Made by a program: the position numbers and the translations under genes. Source: Blasia pusilla (Eukaryota). From it: 64,000 nucleotides of DNA. This document shows, piece by piece, positions 11,601 through 21,619 of this stretch (the stretch's first letter is position 1; the number at the start of each line of letters is the position of its first letter). Under the pieces are notes generated by a model. That model worked only from the letters and a program-made list of their open reading frames with translations. It had not been told where the DNA came from and did not search any database. The DNA lies in contig CM114271.1 in assembly GCA_050084515.1 (NCBI GenBank), positions 11,284,001-11,348,000 on the forward strand, written 5' to 3'.

Positions 11601-13945
11601 CCTTCTTGACCGTGTTGCAATCTTGGATCCAGTGGTGGGTGACGTTCCCCTTGGATAAAATCCTGCAAATCCAAACACAAGGTAAGAATACTGCAAGCTA
11701 TTGGGTTCTTGCAACCCGTCGGACTTTGACGGATCGCTATTTTGTCAACCTTTCGGGGTCCAAATTGTAGCATAGAGATACGTGTTGCAACCCGTCGGAC
11801 TCCGACGGGTTGCAATTCTATCAATCCATCGGGATCCAAATCATAGCACAGAGATAAGTGTTGCAACCCATTGTACTCCAACGGGTCGCAATTTTTTCAA
11901 CCCATGGGGGTCCAAATCGTAACACAGAGATAAATGTTGCAACCGGTCGGAGTCCGACGGGTCGCAACACTCGTCTTTGTGTTATATTTATTACAACACG
12001 CTTGAAATTTTTAGAGAGAATTGCAACCCATCGGAGTCCGACGGGTTGCACTTTGTGTTCGTGACTCTCAGGTCCAAGCGATCGGTTCCTCTTATTCCTT
12101 GGTTCCAACCCGTCGGACTCTGACGGGTTGTAGAATGACTTCCTTTCGGAGATAGGTTTCCGGATAAAAACTGACCATATCAACCTGTTAGAGTCCAACT
12201 GATTGCGCAATGGCCCTGTAAAGCTGGAATTGGATGCCTAAGAGCAAGGTGTGGGACTCCGACCACGTAGCTTGGGGGAAAATGCAACTTGTCGGAGTCC
12301 GACGAGTTGCTTCCGCCAAAAGTATCAAAAAAATAGCAGACAGTCCAACAACTCGTCAGACTTTGACGAGTTGCTTTTAGGCGTCCGATGATTTGTTACC
12401 CCTCATTGTGCAACTCGTCTAAGTCCGACGGATTGAAGAAAAAATAAATCATGCAGTCATTTTTCCACCCGTGGATGTTTAACTGGTTTCAGTATCCCGG
12501 ATTAATGTTGTGAGCTTGGCCACCAGGCAACCCGTCGGACTCCGACGGTTTGCTTGACTATGACCTTGATCACAAATAGGATGGTGGCAAGAGACTCAAA
12601 TCATTCTTGCCCATCTCTAAGCTTTCCAATTATGCAACCCGTCGGACTCCGACGGGTTGAAGCAATCAAACTTAAGGATGAGGAAACTTACGTATTCATC
12701 GCATGCATTGCCATTTCCACCCTTGCCATGTGATGAGGAAATGGATGGAGCACAACTGACTTCACACAAAAATGCGCCTCCAATGAATTTGGGTGCTCCT
12801 CTACAAACTGCGTCCACGCCATGTACATGTGGTTCCCATCCCAAATGAAGAAGTAGAGGTTCCGGATCTAGCTAAATTGGGTTCCTTCAATCGCTCTTCT
12901 GAAGTCCTGATCTCTCATCCTCCACAATGTATCCAATGCCTCCAAGTCCTCTTCTGTCACCAGAGCTTGGGTTCCATGTTCATTGTAAGGCTGAACATAG
13001 AACGGAGGGAAGCTGTCGACGTAGGATTTAGTCGCTGCTGACTGTTTGAGCTTTGCAATGTCCTCCTTCGACTAAATTTCACGCACATACTTCATTGTCC
13101 GCAATCGACAGAGTGGATTTCTTGGGGCCTTTTGGCCTTCCATTTGTGCCATCTGCTTAACAACCCGCCACAATGGGGACAAAGTCAATAAAATACTATG
13201 TTTTGCCAATGAATTGCATAATGAGCCTTCACATAACTTGAGTTTTTCTTACCCGCTCAAAGATTGGGTCGGTGTCCAAGCCCGCCAGCTGCTTTGGGAC
13301 AGGAGCTGGCAAGTCCACGGGAAACTCATCGATCCGATAAAGGTCGATTTCTTCCACCGGCCTCAAAGACGACAAAGACTCTTCTCTTGCTTCTTCAGAG
13401 ATGTCCACCATCTCCACACTTGTTGTCCTCGTGACCTCATCGTCCGTCACTTGAACTTCGGCCATTTCCTCAGCCAATTTTAGATTCATGGTATCCCAAG
13501 ACCTCATCGGAGATATTTCCTCCATCTCAACATTGTTTGTTGGATGGGCACGGATTTCTTCAATGGCAATTTCTTTTTCTCTTTGAGCTTTCCCCAATTC
13601 TGCTCTCCTGGCGGAGGCGTCAAGACGCTTCTTCTCGCGTTTCTCGTCCGCGACAATTTTCTTCAAGGCCTTTGATGCCTCAACCTCGGCGTTTTGCTTT
13701 GCAAGCTCCTTTAGAGCAACTTTTGCTAGAACTTCCTGCCTGTGCATATCTGCTTCCCTTTCCCGCTCCTCTATTTCTTGTTGCCTTATCTCATTCGCTG
13801 AATGAGGACTTGGAGATGGTGATGCAGGAGTCCTGATAGACTTGGGAGTGATGCTCCCTACCTTGGTTACTTGTGTTTCCTTTCTCGTCATGGTGCACGT
13901 TGGGTCAGTTCTTCCTCCTTGACAGTCTAATCTGCTCTTGTGCAC
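8678..13945 (-). pseudogene. Cargo gene: charged/coiled N-terminus, ParB/Srx-like domain and beta-class N4C/N6A DNA methyltransferase; at least 3 exons, decayed
   Basis: ParB-like: VREI*SKEDIAKLKQS...PPFYV...FFIWDGNHMYMAW (WDGNH at 12829-12843). GT-AG intron 12691-11663 splices in phase. Motif IV VDLLIADLPFG (DLPF at 9896-9907). Second intron 9633 to ~8887. Motifs X/I EKSPALMQTLMELCSRPGDLVFDL at ~8700-8775. Start codon uncertain. Confidence 0.75.
11785..11815. repeat. Perfect exemplar of the dispersed palindrome TTGCAACCCGTCGGA-N-TCCGACGGGTTGCAA
   Basis: 15-bp inverted arms with a 1-nt spacer. Degenerate copies cluster at 1-400, 2740-3030, 9000-9600, 11700-12660, 14300-15000 and 17790-18650. 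Confidence 0.95.
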
Positions 13946-14289
13946 AACAGATTCCTCAAAGCTTCGATGGAGTGCCTAAACGCAACTCACGAAGCGTTTC
14001 GTGATGAAGCGCCGTGACCCTTGAGCGGATGGGCTTGCCGAAATCGAACCTCAAAGTGTCGGGTGCTGGATCGTCGTAACCTTCCAACGAAGGGGTCAAT
14101 GTAATCGACTTTGGCAGCGGAAAGGTACCATCAGCTAGTGCCAGGAAGAGCACATAAAATCCGCGAAATGAAAAATGGAAATGAGCAAAATCTTAGCCTT
14201 TTATACTTTTCGAGCCGTTAAGCTGACCGTTGGGTCATTGGGTCGTATCGACGGCAACGTTGGCCGTTATGGAACTTTGCACATGGGAA

Positions 14290-15000
14290 CCCCGGAAACC
14301 CATCGGATACCGATGGGTTGCACACTTCCCTCATCTTGGGGATACAAGGCGAGGTACCCGGGCAACCTGTCCAAGACCGATGGGTTGCATGCTTCCCTCG
14401 TCTTTGGGTAACAAGGCGAGGTACCCGCGCCACGCGTCGGAGGCCAACTGGTTGCATGCTTCCCTCGTCTTGGGGTAACAAGGCAAGGTACCCAAGCAAC
14501 CTGTTTGAGACCGACGGGTTGCAAGCTTCCCTCATCCTCAGGTAACAAGGCGAAGTGCCCAAGCAACCCATCGAAGACCGACGGGTTGCACGTTTCTCTC
14601 GTCTTGGGATAACAAGGCGAGGTACCCGTGCAACCCGTCGGAGACCGATGGGTTGTACGCTTCCCTCATCTTGGGGTAACAAGGCAAGGTACCCGCGCAA
14701 TCCGTCGTAGACCGATGGGTTGTACGCTTCCCTCATCTTGGGGTAACAAGGCGAGGTACCCGTGCAACCCGTCGGAGACCGATGGGTTGTACGCTTCCCT
14801 CATCTTGGGGTAACAAGGTGAGATACCTGTGCAATTCCTCGGACACTGACGGGTTGCATGCTTCCCTTGTCTTGTGGTAACAAGGCGAGGAACCCAGGCA
14901 ACCGGTCTTAGACCAACGGGTTGCATGCTTCCCTTGTCCTTGGGTAACAAGGCGACAAAGCATAGTCCCGAGGCAACCCATTGACCTCCGACGGGTTACA
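14290..15000. repeat. Tandem array of ~10.5 units of 67 bp, each containing the palindrome
   Basis: The (A)ACAAGG anchor recurs at 14343, 14410, 14477, 14544, 14611, 14678, 14745, 14812, 14879 and 14946, an exact 67-bp period. A degenerate homologue lies at 1-340. Confidence 0.95.
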
Positions 15001-15004
15001 AGGT

Positions 15005-17737
15005 CTACCCGCGGTTGGACACTTCCCACCATACGGCAAAAGTGCCCCGTATTATGGAGGCACATATTGGGTGATCCAACTTCATCTAGGATTTGGTGGT
15101 GGCACAACTTGGATTGCATAGCACCCTCCCCACTATTCGGGTTCATACCACCCTTCTTCTGTAATGGGATCTTCCTAGATCCAACGTAAATCCCTCTCAG
15201 TATGACATTCCTGGGCAGTATGCCGTTGGGTTCTGCAGGTACTGCACCAGATGTTGGGCCTCATCAGACCTGGTCGTCTTCTGGGATCCTTCTGGGCCGC
15301 CAGATGTACCTTCAATTCTGCCATTTGCTTACTTAGCTCTTCCATGGCCGACTTGTCGGCCTTCCTCACTGTCCCCCTCACTGGACTTTCCGACCGCTGG
15401 AGAAGGTGCTTTGTTGGTCGGGTTTTCCTTTGGTGCTTGGGAGAGTGGTGGCGCGTGCTTTTTCTTTTCCGTTTAGATTTTAAATCTTTCTCAGAGTCCG
15501 AGGACTCCGAAGTGTCCCCCATAGAGGATTCCGTGTCTGTGGAAGACGATTCGTCCTCCGACGAAGCACTAGTTTGCGACGAACCTCGTCGTTGGTGACG
15601 CCATCTTCATTTTTTACGGGACTTCTCTAAGGCCTCGTACGCCTCTGCGGAGCTACATGGGTAAATTCAAGCACAAAGTTGTCCACATCATCTCGCCGTT
15701 CCCCTGCAAAGGTGGGGTATCTTAGCAGCGTCTTCCTAGTATTGGCCATGGGGAATGGTCTGCTGCTGGGTCCCGGGCTTGATGCTCGGGAGGGAGGAGG
15801 TAGCGGTTCGGCTATAGTTGACTTGGTCGGCTCCATGTCCCCCGAGTCCTCAAAGGGGTCCCAGGTTGACTCTTCGTCCGACTGCGAACTAGCAGGGGAC
15901 GTAGTGGAGAGTTTGTTCCTCTCTCTCTCCTTGCTCTTGGGCTTCGTGCGTAGACGAAGACCGGGAGACAGCCCAGGCGGTCTCCAAGACGGGTGATCTT
16001 CTTGCTGCTTACTGCGTCGATCGGCTCGCTGATCTCACGAAGAGGGCCGGGAGCCTTCCATGAGTCCCTTCTGGGATTCAGGAGTTTGCTTCCGCACCCA
16101 CGGTCGCAACAAGGTAGGGGTCCATGGAGGGAAATTAAATGTTTCTAATTCCTAAGCCTACAGGAGTGTGCCCGGTGCTCTTAATCTTCATGCCAGGTTT
16201 TCCTCCCATAAATAAAAGTACCGGGTCATCACCAAGAACAACTGAAGTTCATGGGCGGAGCACCGTTCGGTGACTGGTTTATTGACAATACTAATTAATT
16301 GTTCTATCTTTTCTAGCACCAATGCAGCAAATCGGTTGTTATCTTCTTTCATCCATTGTCTGAGGGGGATAGCTAGAGATAGCAGATGGTCTTTAGTAAG
16401 AACTGACTGGTTGGGTCTTCTAGGAGACGAGGCTTCTTTCCCCGCTCCCAGATTCCCCATGTGTCTCTTTCCCTCTTCAGCAAAGCTTATGATCTCGGGC
16501 AGCGGCGCCAAAAAGTTTCTTTTTGTATGTAATGTACAAGAGTTTTTATTTTACAGTCGTTTTAATAAGTTCGATCCTTAAGAGGATCATTGTTTGATGA
16601 AAAGAGAGTTCGAAATTACAATTCTGTTGTAATAGTTGTATTTAAATGTGTATGAGTTCTATTCAATGTCATATCAATATCTGCTGATCTTTCTTAGTAC
16701 CAAAGGATCTTTTCTCGATTCTCTCTAGTGGAATTGATAGCAGGTTCATGTAGATTTTCCTCTTGACATCAAGAAACCTCACAGAGATCTCAACATGAAA
16801 GCTGGCTTCTCCTACTTTCGGAACTCAATCCGTCTCGGCACGCTACTCTCTGTCAAAAAGATTTCCTACAACTCAGGTTGATTATTTCATTGATGAGAAA
16901 GGTTTGCCTGATTCACTCTTCACTTTGTAGACCCAAAAAGAATACTCAAACATAAGCATCGCACATCAAAATGAATGAATAATTGCTTTACTATTCCATC
17001 AAGAATGAGAAAGCTTCAAAGTGTATACAAGCTTGAGAGGGTACTACTCCCTTGCTCAGACCATTCCTACAGCATAAGGATTTTGTAAGAGAATGATGAT
17101 TATGGCTTCTATCTTGTTTCTTAAATACTCGCTGGAGTAGAAGTGATCCAAAGATTCAAAGCATTCTTGATGAAGCGAGTGTCTCTTCACCATTTCTAAC
17201 TACCTAGATCTATGGTTCTCTTAGCTTTTCCTACGATCCCTGTGAATCCGCAGAACAAAACTGTCCCAACTACCAATTTGATACAAAGGGTCGCGCCTCT
17301 TCCTAGTCTAACAGTTCTAACGTGCGTCGCTTGAAATCACAGTCGTTCTTAGCTTCGCTTCGCTGGACTTCATGAGGACGAAGCACTTCATGCTTTGTTC
17401 TTATTTCAGATGCTTCGTGCTTCGCACTTCATACAAGAGCGAAGTACTTCTTTCTCCTCTTCTTCATGCTTCGGTATGCTTCGTTATAGAGCGAAGCACT
17501 TTGTAGACAGAGCTTTGTTGAGCTTCGTTGAGCTTCATTATTGCATTTTCCTCTCCACTAAGGCAAATCCTTGATCTTCCATCTCTCTACCTTGTCCCAA
17601 GAGCTTCGTGATTCACTTTAATCTTACTCATTCTTCCTCATAATAATAAATAATCAAAATCAAAATCATAATGTACAAGAGTCTTCTTTGAATAAAAAGA
17701 TACATTTCTTCAAAAGTACAAAATTGTGGGTATCACA
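15005..17737 (-). mobile_element. Truncated Ty3/gypsy-type element: 5' LTR (~16524-17737), PBS and decayed gag
   Basis: The LTR begins TGTGATACCC on the minus strand and matches 53054-54263. PBS TGGCGCCGCTGCC at 16498-16510 (-) is Athila/Tat-like. Zn knuckle CSTCRTQRHTAQEC. Inserted in the MULE transposase intron (the right flank matches 2668). Confidence 0.8.
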
Positions 17738-20700
17738 AAAGTTGTAGCTCAAGTTGAGAAGCGTGTGCACTATAGGGATTTCAAACTGCAGAAAACCAAG
17801 CAACCCGTCGGAAACCGACAGGTTGCATCAAGAATGTTTGTGCAACCCGTTGGAACTCGACTGGTTGCATGAGTGTCACACCCGTCCGAGCGCGACATCA
17901 TGCACGAGGAATGTTTGTGCAACACGTCGGAACCCGATTGGTTGCATGAGTGTGCAACCCTTTCGAATCCCAATGAGTTGCAAGTTGCATGTATACAAGG
18001 CCTGCAAATAGTTTGATGCGGATGGGTTGCAAGCCCCAAGGCTGCGAGTTAACTTGGTCTGCAACCCGTCGGATTCCGACAAGTTGTGTCTGTCTGCAAC
18101 TTGTCGGATTCCGACTAGTTGCCTCTGTATGCGACTCATCACATTCAGACAGGTTGTTGTTGTCTCCAAGTCCTCGCATCCAGACACGTTGCATCAGTGC
18201 AAGTTAATTTGAACCCGTAAAATTCCAATAGTTGCAAAGCTACCTATGTGGACACTTCTTGCAAGCCAACAAAATCCGACAGGTTGCACAAGGATTTTTT
18301 AGACCGGACCGGCCTGCTTCTCACAACCCGTCCGATTTTGATGGGTTGCAGTAGTAGGTTCCCGAGTGCTAGGTTGCAATAAAAGGTTATTGGGACATTC
18401 CAAGGATGTCTCCAACTTGCAACCCGTTTCAAGTCGGAGGCTGGAAAATCCATGTGCAACCCATCGGATTCCGATGACTTCCAGTTGGATCTTCCAGCCC
18501 GGAGTGGCCAAAGTTACTTGCAACCCGTCTGAACCCCACAGGTTGCACTAGGTGGTTCTTGGATGTTGCAACACGTCGGAAACCGACCGGTCACAGAGTC
18601 ATTCATGGGATGCCTCCGACTTGCAACCCATCTTGTTCCGACAAGTTGCTTTTTTCTTTGCTCATAGAGTTATTTTCGTTCCCTTCTCATATTTCTGTCG
18701 TTGCATGGATTGAACATTCATGAAAATGCCCTCTGCCCCAACATAAGTGGAGCAAAAAGTGTTCATTCCTCCTAGAGGTCATCACAAGCATGCCAAAGAA
18801 TTTCATTTGTGGAGGCATGCCAACAAGATCAGGCAAGAGCAATTATCGCGCCCCTACTCTCCTTGAACGTCAATCTTTAGTGTTGCGGAAGCGTGCGTTC
18901 AGTAGGTCACGAACTCATCGCCGATCTGCACCCAAACACGCACTCTCGTTAGTCGGGTTTGGCCAACCAGCGTTCCAACCCACCAAGTCCTCAACTCGGC
19001 GTCTCATTAAGCTCAACCTTCCTTAGTTCCTAGCTCCCAACACATGGCAAGTCCTTCAAGACTTGGAACAGACTTCCTGGTTAGTCCAGGGATCTGAAAC
19101 AGCACTTGCACGCCTAGCAATCCCAGCTATTCAACGGTCCTCGTGTGAGTTCCGAACCGAGACCCAAGTAGTTGAGTCGCGGCGTGAAATCCAAGAGGGA
19201 TGCCTAAAATCGCCTCAATGGACTTGGTGCAGGTTTTCCAACCCAACGCCCAAACTCGCGTTCCGTTCCATGCCCTTGAGCTGCCCCGCGGCGCCCAAAG
19301 TGGGGTTTGGGTTCCAAGCACTCTCGGAGACCTGCCCCCTTACTAGTACTTTTGGGGTTCTCCAATAACCCCTCCCCTTTGGGAAAAGAGGTTCGGGCCC
19401 TTCATTGTGGCCCTCAACCTGACTCCACTTACAGTTGTTTTCGGGTTGTATCTCGGCCGCTGCTTATGCGTTTGCAACAATCTTTGGTGCGTTTGGACCG
19501 GCTCTCCATAAGCTTTCCAACGCACCCTTATTTGCTCCAAAACCATCTTGGCGCTAAAAGTTATGGCCATAAATACAGTCGGAAACTCTCAAACGTAAGT
19601 GGCGTTCCAAATCCGGATCTTTCCTTTGGCAACCCCCTTCCTAGACTCGACTTCTTTCAAGTCTCATTCCGCGTTTGGTCCAGGTTTCTGAGTCACAACC
19701 ATAACACCTGAAACGCGATTCCTTGCTCGCGTCTCGTCTCTTGTCTCCTCTTTGAGACACCTCCAACGCGCAAACCATCTTAGCGTGAGTCCGCTAATGT
19801 TCTGATGTTCCGCTTGGTACTTGTTTGGTCATGAGGGTCGCGACAGCAATGGTACAGTCTGCAGCATCCCATATCTTCCTCAAAAAAGGCATAACAAAAG
19901 GAAAGGGGCCTTCAATTTATGAGCTCTATGTCAGGGCGGCTGTGAGATCTGGTGATGAGAAACTCTATGTGGAAGCCTTCAATCAGTGCGTAGCAGGAAC
20001 TCCTCTCGAGCAACATGTCCACATTGGTGGGGATATTTGTGGGCGTGTTTCAAGACGTCCCATACAGATGGTGGTAGAGCAGTCCAAGCGAGACTCGTGG
20101 AGACCAAATTAGTATCTTGACTTGAGGCAAGTGAAGAGGCAACATCGAGGAACGAACCCAATGATTGATTTGGATGAAGAAATTACGCCCTGGTATTCGG
20201 AGACCCGGGATTGCTCCTAAATCTGAGATGCAGTAACTTCTCCAAAATCACTGAATGTTTTTTTTTCAAAAGCCCTTCGTTGCTGGAAGTTCGCAACATC
20301 CGGTCGCTGGGGTAGTTCAACAGTATGGGATTCCGGTCATTGAAGTGGATTGCAACCTCAAAAGGTGGCATATATCTCCCAACAACTTTGAACGTGGACC
20401 CACTTGCAGGGCAAGATCTGATGGCATTAGGAGAGCATGCGGCACTTTCCTAAATAAGAAATGTACAAGGACTAGACGACCACTCCCTAGATTTTGGGGA
20501 CTCAAAACCTTTGATCGTTTCATGAGGACCGAGGATCAATTGAAGTACTTCTTCTGCCCAAATGAATCCTGCGCTTTCCAAAAGTCTTATCCGGCTGCCA
20601 TGGGAGCTCCAGAGAATACCCCCACGATTTGGCCCATTGCCGCAGGTACGAATTGCACTCAGGACAAAATGGATAATCTTACAAGTGTCCACTTGAGTCT

Positions 20701-21618
20701 CGTAGACGGAGGAAGTTCGGAGCATGTTCGCATTACAAAGACCTTCGCATTTCGTATTCAATCCAAGATTGATGTCAACATGTATCCGGAGAAGGTGGAT
20801 GATCTCAATCCACTATTTTTGTTTGAGTCTAGAAATGGGATAAAGAGAAAGAGGATGTGTAGGCCAACGGTGGAGAGAGCAAAGCGAATTGCATCAGCTC
20901 GGGAGGCAAACATGGAAATCATCACCACAAAAGATGTCCAGAATGGCAATGGAATAGGAAAGATGTATTGGGTCATATTAACATTGTAAATTCAAGTGTC
21001 ACAGGGGTGTATGTGGTGCACATCTGTTGCTTTCCCACATGTTCCTGTGATGACTTTTTCCAAAGAGAGACAAGTGGGAAAAGGTATTTCCCTTGTAAGC
21101 TTATGTACTATGTGCTGCTTGTAGTTTTAAGAGAGTCAGAGGTAGGAGTAGGAATCCACCAACCAATTCTGTCCCTCAAAGAAGTGCGAAGTATTTTAAA
21201 CAAACCACTTTGAGGATGCAAAATGAGGTCTTACATTGTACTTTCATTTTCCAGAACCTTCACTTTGAGTTTGAACTCTATTCAGCCCCAGGCAAATGAT
21301 AGATTTTTTCCAGAACTTGGATGGAAAAAGTGATTTGTTCCACACTTATGATTCCAATGATTTTTCAGATTTTTAAATTTTGTGCAAATTGCAATCCGTC
21401 GGATTCAGAGGGGGTTTCCAAAATGTGGAAGAGGAAGAGAGGAGAGAGGAGAGAGGAAACTACCTTCAACCCAAAGAGATACTTTTTTTTAAGAGAGTTT
21501 CCTATGATTTGAAGAGAGTTTCCGTTGGATTGAAGAGAGGATACTTTTTATGTCAATTTTTTTGCACTTTTATTCTCAGTGCGTAGGCACTCCTGCACAA
21601 AATTTTGCCCTCTTCCAC
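17738..21618 (+). mobile_element. MULE copy E3: transposase intron (palindrome-expanded), second exon with SWIM finger, rearranged subterminal region
   Basis: Collinear with 2668-4970. Splice acceptor mutated (GTTGCAT at ~18700). Interrupted by a solo LTR. Confidence 0.9.
18844..19845. mobile_element. Solo LTR (~1.0 kb) with 5-bp target site duplication GCAAT
   Basis: Ends TATCGCG...CGCGACA (TG..CA with one change). GCAAT at 18839-18843 and 19846-19850. The MULE exon continues on both sides. Confidence 0.9.
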
Positions 21619-21619
21619 T

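Noticed and set aside
8678-13945. Bacterial or phage contamination as the source of the ParB-MTase
   Set aside because: The gene has spliceosomal GT-AG introns filled with the MULE palindrome and is contiguous with plant retroelements and genes.
14290-15000. CRISPR-like appearance (palindromic repeat plus ~36-40 bp spacers at a fixed period)
   Set aside because: The spacers are homologous to one another, no cas genes are present and the context is eukaryotic; it is a tandem repeat.
14175-15146. Overlapping ORFs with repeated peptides (ACNPS, QPVG, ATRR); also at 38-419 and 17754-18551
   Set aside because: These are artefacts of translating the palindromic repeat in six frames.
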